Below, in pieces: positions 40,116 to 49,586 of a stretch of DNA of 64,000 nucleotides; positions within the stretch are counted from its first letter, which is position 1, and each line of letters opens with the position of its first letter. The DNA is from an uncultured Planctomycetia bacterium (lineage in GTDB: Bacteria > Omnitrophota > Gorgyraeia > 2-01-FULL-45-10 > JAHFGN01): positions 10,975 to 74,974 of the forward strand of contig CAYHAE010000006.1 of the NCBI GenBank assembly GCA_964354545.1. The letters are read 5' to 3'. A program made the translations under genes and the position numbers. Under the pieces are notes generated by a model. It saw only the letters and a program-made list of their open reading frames with translations. It ran no database searches and was not told the DNA's origin.

Positions 40116-40143
40116 TATTATACAACTTCTAGAAATTAATGCA
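40116..40143 (-). promoter_or_regulatory. Near-consensus sigma70 promoter (TTGCAT-16-TATAAT) for the DUF2934 gene
   Basis: Minus strand reads ttgcattaatttctagaagttgtataat; SD GAAGGGAGG lies 7 nt before the ATG. Confidence 0.5.
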
Positions 40144-40164
40144 AGAAAAATGTTGCAAAAAATG

Positions 40165-41811
40165 TTATCCGATAGGCTCCTTCAAATAATCAGGAATCGG
40201 CTTTTTGAAGATCCTGTAGATATTCTGCAGGTGCGCCCTGAAGAGCGTGTCGAAAGGATTGCGGGGGCCGGGCTTGTTCTCGGGGCCGTACCACCAGGTC
40301 CAATCGCTCCCCTCAGCTATGTAAAGCTCCCTCCACGCCTTTTCTACCTGAGAAGAGGCCTTCGGGCTCCATGAATTGGATTCTTTCGCGAACCTCACAA
40401 GGTCGGCGCGCGTCTTGACCAGACGCTCCCAGGCCGCGTGATCCTGCGGCGCACCTATCCAGACCTTAAAGCAGTGATCTATCCACGAACCGGGAAATAC
40501 CTTCTTTAACGACTTCTTCGCCGGCTCCGCCCTCAGGTACTCGCTCACGGTGGTCGATGCTATCTCCTCGCCTCCGTCAAGCCTGGAATAGAGGAGCTCG
40601 AAGAACCGCCTCCCGTTATCTTCGTAGTACTCCCACGCATTTTCCCCGTCCATCACGATCGGCACCAAGGCCCTATCCGCAGCCCTTCTCATATTCGCCT
40701 CAATCCTCTGGAAGTGCCCCACGAGGTCAAGGGCTGCCATCTGAGGGTCCCAGCTCGCGTAGGCAAAACTGATGAGATTGGACAGATTCTTGTCTCTGAA
40801 GACGAGGGTGAGATGCCTTCCGTCTTTATGAAACCTGTACGGCTGATAGACGAGCCTCCTGTCGAGCGCCTTTCCCATATACGTCTTGTCATAGGCGTTG
40901 AGCGTCAGGAAGAGTATGTCCTCGTCTGTCGCCACCCATTCAATCCCTGCGCCCATAATGAGCCCAAGGGCATCTTCGCTCACGCTTCCTTCCGACGGCC
41001 ACATCCCGCACGGCTTCTTTCCGAAGTTCGCCGCGTGGGTGCGCACCGCCTGCTCGAGATGCCACCGCGCATCTTCAGGATGGGAAAACTTCATCGACGG
41101 CAAGGCGGTATCGGGGGCGGAGACCTTCGCGATATCCGTATCGCAGAGGAGCGGCAAAATGGGATGGTAGTACGGCGTTGTGGTGATCTCGATCCTGCCC
41201 GCATCCTGCAATCTCCTGTAGAGAGGCAGTATCTCGGCCAGCACGTCCTTCTGTTTTTTGACCACGAACATCTTTTCTGCTTCCGTATAGCCTTCTTTTT
41301 TATCGACGAGCTCACGAAGGTAAGAATCCGCCTCTATCGTGAGAGAATGGAACCACGCGAGATTAAACAGCACCTGAAGGTCGAGATAGTCCTGATTCGA
41401 GAATTGCACCGAACTCCTGCGGAGCGCCGAGTGAGATGTAGCGTTCACCCCCTTCTTGATCAACAGGTCTCGATACCTCGGATGCGGCTCAATGAAACGG
41501 GCGAAGTTCACCTTGAAGAAGGAATCGAGGATCTGGACCCTCTCGCTCAAGGTCAGGCCGCCTGGCTTTTTAAGCGTGAGCTCCAGGAGCGTATCGGAGG
41601 CATTGTTCTCCACATAGTCCCGTATCTGCTCGACCAGGACCGGGACCATGTTGAACGTTACTCTCACGTTATCGAACTTCTCCACGATGGCGGCCATCGG
41701 GTAGTAGTCTTTGACACCGTGGAGCCTCACCCAGGGAAGCATGAAGAGGCCATCGATGTCGCTCTTATAGTATGGCTGGTGCATATGCCAGATAAACGCT
41801 ATGTCGATCAT
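40165..41811 (-). CDS. Glycoside hydrolase family 57 (alpha-amylase / branching-enzyme type)
   Basis: GH57 N-terminus FIWHMHQPYY and catalytic region. Confidence 0.85.
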   Translation of the reverse strand: MIDIAFIWHMHQPYYKSDIDGLFMLPWVRLHGVKDYYPMAAIVEKFDNVRVTFNMVPVLVEQIRDYVENNASDTLLELTLKKPGGLTLSERVQILDSFFKVNFARFIEPHPRYRDLLIKKGVNATSHSALRRSSVQFSNQDYLDLQVLFNLAWFHSLTIEADSYLRELVDKKEGYTEAEKMFVVKKQKDVLAEILPLYRRLQDAGRIEITTTPYYHPILPLLCDTDIAKVSAPDTALPSMKFSHPEDARWHLEQAVRTHAANFGKKPCGMWPSEGSVSEDALGLIMGAGIEWVATDEDILFLTLNAYDKTYMGKALDRRLVYQPYRFHKDGRHLTLVFRDKNLSNLISFAYASWDPQMAALDLVGHFQRIEANMRRAADRALVPIVMDGENAWEYYEDNGRRFFELLYSRLDGGEEIASTTVSEYLRAEPAKKSLKKVFPGSWIDHCFKVWIGAPQDHAAWERLVKTRADLVRFAKESNSWSPKASSQVEKAWRELYIAEGSDWTWWYGPENKPGPRNPFDTLFRAHLQNIYRIFKKPIPDYLKEPIG

Positions 41812-42104
41812 ACCTCACCGGATTATCGTATCGTGTGATTTTTTACGTACGGAGGGATATCATAAAGCAGACGCCCGCGCTCATTCTAAAGCCGGATCAT
41901 GAAAAACGTGCGCGACACAGGCATCCGTCTCTACGGGCACTTCTATAGAAAATGCCTCTTTCTCAAAAGCTAAAGTCTGCACGTCCTCGTATCCCGCTCA
42001 CCGCATTTTTATGCACATCGCGCAGCAGCGGGGTGCCTCACGCTATAGCCACGCACAGGGCGTCCCGCTTTTTTGGATAATGTACCAACCCTGCATTCCA
42101 AAAA

Positions 42105-42297
42105 GGCGGGGCTGGAGCCTTGCTCTTTGCCTCTGCTGGTTCGACTTTGCTCACCATCCCTCGAACCATCCCGAGCGAAGTCGAGGGAGATGCGACGTCT
42201 CCCCTGAAATCTGAAAGATTTCGGGGATTTAATCCCTGAAAATTGTCCGCAGGAGAATTTTCAGGGACCGCTTCGCATTTCCCTGATGTCGGGACTG
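42105..42297. repeat. Multi-hairpin repeat, copy A (contains a 52-bp insertion relative to copy B)
   Basis: GGCGGGGCTGGAGCCTTGCTCTTTGCC...GATGCGACGTCTCCCCTGAAATCTGAAAGATTTCGGGGATTTAATCCCTGAAAATTGTCCGCAGGAGAATTTTCAGGGACCGCTTCGC...TGTCGGGACTG. Confidence 0.8.
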
Positions 42298-42348
42298 CCC
42301 CTCCCGCTAAACCCACGGGCAGGGCGCCCCCTACGGGGGCTGCCCTTA

Positions 42349-42762
42349 TTATCGTTTTGCGCCTTCTGCGTCCGTCGCGGCTTCGCCTGTAGACGTTTCC
42401 TCAGCCTTCTCTACCTTTACGGTCTTCGCGACCTTCTTGCCGCCTTCGCTCGTGGCATAGTCTACGTCAACCCAGTCGCCCGTCTTCACATCTTTCAGGG
42501 ATGAGGCGTTTTCAAGCTTCGAATCCTGATTCACGAGCACCTCGAGATTCTTTTCCTCATCCGCGTCGTAATCATAGTACTGCACGGTCAAGGACTGGGC
42601 GGTTTCATTTACAGCGAGCACTTCTCCATAGACAGACTCTACTTTGGGTCCGCTCTGAGCCGGAACGGCCTCGGCCTTCTTCTCTTCCTGAGCGATGCCG
42701 CTGGATACGAGAAGGGCGAGACACGCTGCAAGGCAAAAAACGGCTACGATAGATTTCCGCAT
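42349..42762 (-). CDS. Hypothetical secreted protein (signal peptide, acidic)
   Basis: Signal peptide MRKSIVAVFCLAACLALLVSSGIA. Confidence 0.5.
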   Translation of the reverse strand: MRKSIVAVFCLAACLALLVSSGIAQEEKKAEAVPAQSGPKVESVYGEVLAVNETAQSLTVQYYDYDADEEKNLEVLVNQDSKLENASSLKDVKTGDWVDVDYATSEGGKKVAKTVKVEKAEETSTGEAATDAEGAKR

Positions 42763-42872
42763 ATCTTCACCTCCTTCAAATTTCTAGATTCGGTACTATA
42801 TCACATAGGCGGGGCAAAATCAAGATATATTCCACTCCTGACGCAACTGCGCCGCGTTGTCTCAAGGCGCCG

Positions 42873-43634
42873 CTATACGCTCAAGGTCCTCCCCGTCCTA
42901 TCGAAAATCCTGAATTTCGCGATGTTCCACCTGCTCAATCTATACTGAAACGCAGTCGCCAGAACGCCGAAGCCGTAGACAATGCTCCTCTGGAAATTGA
43001 TAGAGGATGACTCCCTGGTATAGGCGCTCGGGCTCGTGATCTCGCCAACCCTGAACCCGTAGTAAAACGCCTGCAGGAGCATCTGGTTGTCGAAAACGAA
43101 ATCATCCGAGCCCTCCATGACCGGCAGGGCCATGAGCACGTCCCGCGAGAACGCCCTATAGCCCGTGTGATACTCCGAGAGCTTCTCGCCGATGATGTTG
43201 TTCTCCAAGAGCGTCAAGATCCTGTTCGCGGCATACTTATACACGGGCATGCCTCCCTTCATTGCAAGGTTGCCTAATATCCGCGAGCCGAGGACTACGT
43301 CGAACATCCCGGAGGTGATCAGGGAGGCCATGGGATGGATCAGCTTAGGAGGGTATTGGTAATCCGGGTGCAACATAATCACCACGTCTGCCCCTGCCTT
43401 GAGCGCCTCTCGATAGCACGTCTTTTGATTGGCCCCATACCCCTTGTTCACATCGTGCTCGAAGACCTTTAAGCCGAGGGAGCGCGCAATCCTCACCGTG
43501 TCATCGCTCGATTTGTCGTCGGTGAGGATAGTCTCGTCTACGATATCCTTGGGAATTTCATCATAGGTCTTCTTAAGCGTCCTGGAGGCGTTATAGGCAG
43601 GCATCACCACTACGATCTTCTTACCGTTGAGCAT
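42873..43634 (-). CDS. Family 2 glycosyltransferase (DPM1-like)
   Basis: GT2 N-terminus VVMPAYNASRTL, DXD-like TDDKSSD. Confidence 0.8.
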   Translation of the reverse strand: MLNGKKIVVVMPAYNASRTLKKTYDEIPKDIVDETILTDDKSSDDTVRIARSLGLKVFEHDVNKGYGANQKTCYREALKAGADVVIMLHPDYQYPPKLIHPMASLITSGMFDVVLGSRILGNLAMKGGMPVYKYAANRILTLLENNIIGEKLSEYHTGYRAFSRDVLMALPVMEGSDDFVFDNQMLLQAFYYGFRVGEITSPSAYTRESSSINFQRSIVYGFGVLATAFQYRLSRWNIAKFRIFDRTGRTLSV

Positions 43635-43729
43635 AGCCGCGTCCCATAGAACATTATAACGCCTTAAGACAAGTTAAGGGGTATCGACAATACCCCTTAA
43701 CGATGCTGCCCGGAAATCTCTTTGCCGTA

Positions 43730-43869
43730 GGCGGACTGGAGCCTCGCTCTTTGCCCCTGCGATGCGACGTCTCCCTTGAAATCTGAAAGATTTCGGGGAT
43801 TTAATCCCTGAAAATTATCCCGTGGAGAATTTTCAGGGACCGCTTCGCTTTCCACTGGTGTCGGGACTG
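43730..43869. repeat. Multi-hairpin repeat, copy B
   Basis: About 93% identical to copy A over about 140 bp. Internal palindromes: GAAATC-TGAAA-GATTTC, GGGGATTTAATCCC and TCCCTGAAAATT/AATTTTCAGGGA. Confidence 0.8.
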
Positions 43870-43877
43870 GAAGCCTG

Positions 43878-44240
43878 TTACTTTTTCGAGGACTCCGTCA
43901 GCTGGTCTTGTAATCCCTTGCTCTCGGCAAGGAGCTTGTCGTACACAGCCTTGAGGGTTATCTTCTCTTCGAGCAACTTGTCATATTCGTCCTTGAGCGC
44001 CTTCTTTTCGTTGGCCGCAGTCTCCAATCGGGTCGCCAAGTCCATCTTCTCCTTCAACAAGTTATCATATTCGCTCGTGAGGGCTTCCTTGGCCCTGAGG
44101 AGAAGCGCGCACCTCTCCTCGAATACCGCTTTTTCATTCATGAGCGCATCATATTTCTTTTGTGAAACACCGCATCCTGATAATGCGCCCGCAAAAAATA
44201 CAACAGCCACCGCTACCGCACCCCATCTTATCAACTTCAT
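43878..44240 (-). CDS. Lipoprotein with four YDxLLxEK coiled-coil repeats
   Basis: Lipobox ALSGCG; repeats KKYDALMNEK / EYDNLLKEK / EYDKLLEEK / VYDKLLAESK. Confidence 0.5.
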   Translation of the reverse strand: MKLIRWGAVAVAVVFFAGALSGCGVSQKKYDALMNEKAVFEERCALLLRAKEALTSEYDNLLKEKMDLATRLETAANEKKALKDEYDKLLEEKITLKAVYDKLLAESKGLQDQLTESSKK

Positions 44241-44292
44241 CTAATCCTCTCCTCCTTTTTTGCTCACACGCAGCCATCCTGCACGAAACGAA

Positions 44293-44745
44293 TCACTGGC
44301 CCAAATACTTCTCAAGCGCTGCCCAGGTCCTTGACCCTACTTTTCCGTCAGCGGTGAGCCCTTTGGATTTCTGAAATTCCTGAATGGCCTTTTTTGTATT
44401 CGGGCCTATTTTCCCGTCTATCGCGCCCGTATAAAACCCTGCGTTCTTGAGCGCCCTCTGGATCTCCTTCTCCCTGCTCACCTTCTCAGTGGCGACGGAG
44501 GCCTTGGGCTTCTCAGGAACCTGAGGCGCGGCTGTCGGAGGGATGGTCTCCACCATGTTCGCCTCGTCCATTCCCTGGACTTGCGCCTGGGTTGCTTCCT
44601 CGGTCACAGGCGCAACGCTCGTCTCGCCCATAGAGATCTCCTCTTCCGTGGCTCGAGGCTCTTCTTTTTTTGCTTTGCACCCGCTCGTCACGATACAGCA
44701 TACCGCCAACGAGATAGCCAGGAACGGTATATAATAATTCCTCAT
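44293..44745 (-). CDS. Lipoprotein with a C-terminal peptidoglycan-binding (PG_binding_1) domain
   Basis: Lipobox VTSGC; C-terminal LKNAGFYTGAIDGKIGPNTKKAIQEFQKSKGLTADGKVGSRTWAAL. Confidence 0.7.
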   Translation of the reverse strand: MRNYYIPFLAISLAVCCIVTSGCKAKKEEPRATEEEISMGETSVAPVTEEATQAQVQGMDEANMVETIPPTAAPQVPEKPKASVATEKVSREKEIQRALKNAGFYTGAIDGKIGPNTKKAIQEFQKSKGLTADGKVGSRTWAALEKYLGQ

Positions 44746-45079
44746 CGCTTCTCCTTTCTTTATTTTACGCGAGAAAATCCCTTAATCATCATTTTAGTAT
44801 AATTATAGGGCTCGATATCCCTTTGTCAAGAAGAAAAGGCGCACGTTCGTTGCCGCAACATAGACTATAGACCATAGACCATGACAGTCTATGGTTTTTG
44901 GTCCGTAGTCTGTGGTCTTTGGTCTGTGGGCGCAGCGGCCGCCTTAGGAAGGTCCATGGACGCTGCCTGTTGCACAGGCGCCGCCTGCGGCCTTACCTGT
45001 GGGGCCCTTTTTTGCCTCTTCTTTCGTGCCTTATACTTCTGTTGCTGTTTGATATGGTATTGTTTTCGCAGTCCCATCT

Positions 45080-45910
45080 CTATCCTTTCGAGTGACTTCC
45101 GAATCCCGTCATCATCACTGCGCCGAAACCGGCAATGAGGAGAAGGCTTTTGATCACCGAACCGATTATCGGCAGGTATCCTATGAAAAAGAGGAGCGTG
45201 ATGCCTACGATCGCCTCGACGAGCGGGTGGATCGTCCTGTTCAGGGTCTTCAGGATGTTCCTTCCCACGAACGCCGCGCTTGCGATATACCCTATGATCA
45301 TCGCGAGCGCTACTAAAAGGATCTCGAGGGGGATGAGGAGTATCCCCACGACGCTGATCACAAGAAAGCCCGTCATGATCGCGATAAGACAGCACCATAG
45401 AAAGCCCCAGGCAAGCATACGCATGAACGAGTCTTCGAGCATAATGATAATGGCGCCCATGTGTTTCGGCGCGAGCGCCATCAAAAGGATTGCGAGACCA
45501 AGAAAACCAATGAGCACGAAGACGCTCAACATGACGAGAACGACAACCCATCCCCGCTTGAAGAACGCTGCAAGCGACGGGATGAGGCGCGATATGCGCA
45601 GCTGCGTGAGGTTTCCGTTGATGACGGTATCCGACTCCCTGATTACGTCGCCCGCGATGCTCACGATGTCACCTTTTACTTCGGATCCGGGTTTCATGCA
45701 GATGTCGCCTGCGATGACGAAGACTCCTCCCTCGACCTTCCCGAACACGGTCACGTTCCCGCCTATCACGACGATGTCGTGGACACCCATATTCGATTCT
45801 ACGACGACGTCGTCGAATATCTTGACCACGTTGCTGGCCTTCGCGGACGCCGGAGATGCCCCGCATACGAGAATGGCCGCCATGAGAACGACTGCAGTCG
45901 ATAGCCTCAT
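45080..45910 (-). CDS. Membrane-anchored bactofilin-like (polymer-forming, CcmA-like) protein
   Basis: Signal peptide, beta-helical repeats VVIGGNVTVFGKVEGGVFVIAGDICM...GDIVSIAGDVI, followed by about 6 TMs. Confidence 0.5.
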   Translation of the reverse strand: MRLSTAVVLMAAILVCGASPASAKASNVVKIFDDVVVESNMGVHDIVVIGGNVTVFGKVEGGVFVIAGDICMKPGSEVKGDIVSIAGDVIRESDTVINGNLTQLRISRLIPSLAAFFKRGWVVVLVMLSVFVLIGFLGLAILLMALAPKHMGAIIIMLEDSFMRMLAWGFLWCCLIAIMTGFLVISVVGILLIPLEILLVALAMIIGYIASAAFVGRNILKTLNRTIHPLVEAIVGITLLFFIGYLPIIGSVIKSLLLIAGFGAVMMTGFGSHSKG

Positions 45911-47067
45911 CTCTTCCCTCCTCGCACGAACCTTCTCATCCGTGCCAACGCCTCCCTCAGATTATCCATGCTCGATGCATACGATATCCTCACGTACCCC
46001 TCACCTGACGGGCCAAAGGCCGTTCCGGGAACCACGGCAACCTTCTCCGCCTTGAGAAGTTTGTTCGCAAACTCCATAGAGCTCAAGCCCGTCGATCGTA
46101 CCGACGGCAGGACGTAGAACGCGCCCTGCGGCAGATGGCACCCGAGGTCCATTGCGTTGAGCTCCCCCACGATGAAATCGCGCCTCCTCTTGTACTCTTT
46201 CTTCATCTCGTGGATCGAGGCCTCTCCGTGCGCGAGCGCCTCGCGCGCCGCCATCTGGGACGCGATGGGAGCGCACATAATCGTATATTGGTGTATCTTT
46301 GTCATCGCGGCAATCGCCTCCTTGGGGCCGCACGCATACCCGATCCTCCACCCCGTCATCGCATGCGATTTCGAGAATCCGTTCAGATACAGTGTCCGCG
46401 CCTTCATCCGGGGTATGGTCGGGAACGGTGTATGCTGAAAATCGTAGGTGAGCTCGCAGTATATCTCATCGCTTATCACTAAGAGGTTATGGGCATCGAT
46501 CGATTTCGCAATTTCACGGAGCTCTCTCTTCGTATAAGAGGCGCCCGTGGGGTTGCACGGATAATTCAATATCATGGCCCTCGTGCGCCCGTCGCACGAA
46601 CGCTCGATATCGCGCCGCGTGACCTTAAATCCGTTCTCAGGCGATGTCTTCAACAGAACGGGACGGCCGTCGCAGAGCGTCACGAGAGCACCGTATGAGA
46701 CGTAGCATGGCTCGGGAATGAGGACCTTATCGCCGGGGTTGATGAGGGCCCTCACCGCGAGGTCGAATGCCTCGCTCACCCCGACGGTGATGAGCATCTC
46801 GTCCTCGGGGTCGTAATCAAGGCCGCACTTGTGCTTCAGGAATTTCGAGAGGTCCTGCCGCAGTTCGAGGAGCCCCTTGTTGGACGTATAGGACGTGTAT
46901 CCTTCTTCGATCGAGTAGATCGCGGCCTCTCTCACGTTCCACGGCGTCACAAAATCAGGCTCGCCGACTCCGAGCGAAATGACATCCCTCATGCCGAGGA
47001 CGAGGTCAAAAAACGCCCTTATGCCGGAAGACGGGATCTCTTCAACTCTTTTATTGATATTTACCAT
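45907..47067 (-). CDS. Class I/II PLP-dependent aminotransferase
   Basis: Aminotransferase fold with the PLP-Lys region SKSHAMTGWRIGY; start trimmed to M at 47067. Confidence 0.85.
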   Translation of the reverse strand: MVNINKRVEEIPSSGIRAFFDLVLGMRDVISLGVGEPDFVTPWNVREAAIYSIEEGYTSYTSNKGLLELRQDLSKFLKHKCGLDYDPEDEMLITVGVSEAFDLAVRALINPGDKVLIPEPCYVSYGALVTLCDGRPVLLKTSPENGFKVTRRDIERSCDGRTRAMILNYPCNPTGASYTKRELREIAKSIDAHNLLVISDEIYCELTYDFQHTPFPTIPRMKARTLYLNGFSKSHAMTGWRIGYACGPKEAIAAMTKIHQYTIMCAPIASQMAAREALAHGEASIHEMKKEYKRRRDFIVGELNAMDLGCHLPQGAFYVLPSVRSTGLSSMEFANKLLKAEKVAVVPGTAFGPSGEGYVRISYASSMDNLREALARMRRFVRGGKR

Positions 47068-47183
47068 GTGCCAATCTCGATTGTGAAACTGTGCAAAGGA
47101 GAAATATTTTGGATTGTGTATTTGTTTCTGATCTGTGTTTGATCTCGTGCATGGAATTTCGAATGTGAGATTGTTCATTCTCG

Positions 47184-47669
47184 CTACAGTGTTATCGCGA
47201 GCCTCTTCTCCTTGCGTATTTGCTTGAGCATGTCCCCGTCTTCTTTGTACTTCTTCAGTAGAAAATGCGTTACGGTACCGCGGACGTTCTCCATGGGAGA
47301 CAATTTTTCAGCGATGAAATTCGAAATAGTATGGATATCCTTTCCTTCTACGATGAGCAGGAGATCATAGGTCCCTGAGACCAGGTAGCAGCTTGTGACC
47401 TCAGGGAACTGATAGATGCGCTCGGCGATGTGCTCGAAGCCGAGGTTCTTTTGCGGCATCACCCTCACCTCAATGAGGGCCCTCACGTCAGTCCGTGCGC
47501 TGCGCAGCAGCTCCTTATTGACGATGGTCTTATATTTTAATATGACCCCGTCCTTTTCGTATTTCTTGATCGCATTCCTTACCGCCTCTGGCTTCTTCCT
47601 CACCATCTTGGCGATCTCTTCGGGCCTCGTCCTTGCATCCTTTTCCAGAATCTCGAGTATCTCATCCAT
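47184..47669 (-). CDS. Lrp/AsnC-family transcriptional regulator
   Basis: N-terminal HTH plus C-terminal RAM domain; start trimmed to MDEILEIL. Confidence 0.8.
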   Translation of the reverse strand: MDEILEILEKDARTRPEEIAKMVRKKPEAVRNAIKKYEKDGVILKYKTIVNKELLRSARTDVRALIEVRVMPQKNLGFEHIAERIYQFPEVTSCYLVSGTYDLLLIVEGKDIHTISNFIAEKLSPMENVRGTVTHFLLKKYKEDGDMLKQIRKEKRLAITL

Positions 47670-47830
47670 CTCGATATCTCCTTTCGGATTTCTTATCGAC
47701 ACTACGTATGAAAAAAGGGAGCATCGTTCCCGTTGGACGGCGTCTCCCTCACACTTAAGCGCTCTTGAGAATATCGTGGGTTCTTATGCCTTCGTATCTT
47801 CTTTCTGGATCTATAGCCCGCTCGTCCGAG

Positions 47831-48283
47831 CTATTTATACGTGCTCAAGGCCTCCCATGTCCTCGGCCCCACAACCCCGTCTGCCCTCAGGCCGCTCGAC
47901 TTCTGAAATTCCCGGATAGCCTTTATGGTCGCGCGGCCTTTGACGCCGTCTACATCCCCGCGGTAAAAGCCGGCCTTTTTCAAGCACGCCTGTATCTCTT
48001 TCACCCTCTCCCTCGATGCGGGTGTTTTTGCTTTCGGGCTTATGTTCGTCCTCGTCCTCTCGGTCCGATATTTCACTTCCTCAGGAGCCTGAGACTTCTC
48101 TGAGGCGGCCCTCTCGAGCTCCGCCTGTTTTACTTCTACCCCTTCCACTCGAGACTCGAGTGTGTCGACGCGGCCCTGTAAATTCACGACCTCTTCCTTC
48201 ACTTTCTTTGGAACGCTTGCGCAGCCAGTGAGAACGCAGACAGTGAAGAGGGAGATGAGAACATATATGAGTGCCTTGTTCAT
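47831..48283 (-). CDS. Lipoprotein with a C-terminal peptidoglycan-binding domain (paralogue of 44293..44745)
   Basis: Lipobox LTGCAS; C-terminal LKKAGFYRGDVDGVKGRATIKAIREFQKSSGLRADGVVGPRTWEAL. Confidence 0.7.
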   Translation of the reverse strand: MNKALIYVLISLFTVCVLTGCASVPKKVKEEVVNLQGRVDTLESRVEGVEVKQAELERAASEKSQAPEEVKYRTERTRTNISPKAKTPASRERVKEIQACLKKAGFYRGDVDGVKGRATIKAIREFQKSSGLRADGVVGPRTWEALSTYK

Positions 48284-48355
48284 AACGGCCCTTCCTTTCC
48301 CGCTATAATGACTATGGTGTGATTATATAGCGTGGCATCAAAAAAGGCAAGAAAA

Positions 48356-49432
48356 TTATTTCAGGCGGCGCCGCATAGTCCTGTACACACTCGATGCAAT
48401 AAGGGCCAGCAATAGAAAGGAGGCCCCGTACTCGATGGTCGAAGGGAGCATCGCTCCATGCATCATGGCGTGCGGCTCAAGGCCCCGCGCGCGTACGCCT
48501 GTCCATATCTTGTCAAGGGCAAACCCCAATGTCACGCTCGCGGCGAAGATCGACCCCAGGTATATCGCCGCGGCCTTCTTGCCCAGCTGCGCCGCCACCA
48601 CCGCGATGGTGACCGTGTTCGTGGCAGGCCCTGAGACCAAAAATACGAATGCGGCGCCCGGGCTTAAGCCCTTCATCATCATGCTCGCTGCAATAGGGAT
48701 CGACCCGGTCGCGCACACATACATGGGCGCGCCTATCAGGAATATGATGATGTATGCAAGCCACCCTGCCCCGATAAGCCTTCCGAAGAAACCCGCGGGC
48801 ACGAAAAACGATATAGCTCCGCCCGCGATGATGCCGATGAGAAGCCACTGCGCGACGTCATCGAATAGGTCGACGAATCCATACCGGAGCACCTCGCTCG
48901 CTCTTGCCGTTATAGCACGTGTGCGCCCTTCCTCTTTACGGCAGCAGGGAGGCGTTTCAGCCGTTTTATGGTGTTCCGCGTGCTGCGCGGCGCGCTGAAC
49001 GACAGAGGATTCCTTTATAAATATGTTTGCGAGTATGCCGGCACATACCCCGGTCACGAACGAGGCTACAATCCGGTATACGGTAAAGAGCCCTCCCATG
49101 AGCGCCCACGTCGCAAATATGGAATCGACCCCCGTCGTGGGAGTTGAGATGAGGAACGCGAGGACCGCGCCTATTGACGCGCCCTCTTTCCTGAGGGAAA
49201 GGGCGGCGGGGATCACCCCGCACGAGCAGAGAGGGAGCGGAATGCCGAAGAGGGATGCCTTTATCACCGAGGCAAAATTCCTTTTTCCGAGATGCCGCGC
49301 GATCTTCTCCGGGGAAAGGAATGTGTGGATCAGGCCTGCGAAGAAGAAGCCGAACAATAGGTACGGCGCCATCTTATTCATAAGGACGAGCGATTCGGCC
49401 GCAATGCCCTGCAGCATATGGATGAGAGACAT
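48356..49432 (-). CDS. DUF318/UPF0718 family permease (YraQ-like), with a CxC pair
   Basis: Multi-TM protein; conserved PLCSCG. Confidence 0.7.
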   Translation of the reverse strand: MSLIHMLQGIAAESLVLMNKMAPYLLFGFFFAGLIHTFLSPEKIARHLGKRNFASVIKASLFGIPLPLCSCGVIPAALSLRKEGASIGAVLAFLISTPTTGVDSIFATWALMGGLFTVYRIVASFVTGVCAGILANIFIKESSVVQRAAQHAEHHKTAETPPCCRKEEGRTRAITARASEVLRYGFVDLFDDVAQWLLIGIIAGGAISFFVPAGFFGRLIGAGWLAYIIIFLIGAPMYVCATGSIPIAASMMMKGLSPGAAFVFLVSGPATNTVTIAVVAAQLGKKAAAIYLGSIFAASVTLGFALDKIWTGVRARGLEPHAMMHGAMLPSTIEYGASFLLLALIASSVYRTMRRRLK

Positions 49433-49586
49433 CAGCGTTTCGCCTTCTCCTGTTCGTAGTCGATCGATCGGATAGGATACGGCATGACAATGCCTTCCTT
49501 CGCGCAGCGCTCGTGGAGCTTTTTAATTAATTTGTGCCGTCTGAGGGCTGATCCTTGAATTCTTTTTTCCTCAGAATCCCCGCGCC

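Noticed and set aside
40714-41838. 374-aa plus-strand ORF
   Set aside because: Antisense to the GH57 gene.
44889-45551. 220-aa minus-strand ORF overlapping the bactofilin-like gene
   Set aside because: A different frame of the same region with Arg/His/Pro/Asp-rich composition. Only its distal 62 codons (44889..45077) lie outside the bactofilin gene, and those span the TGGTCT microsatellite-like repeats.
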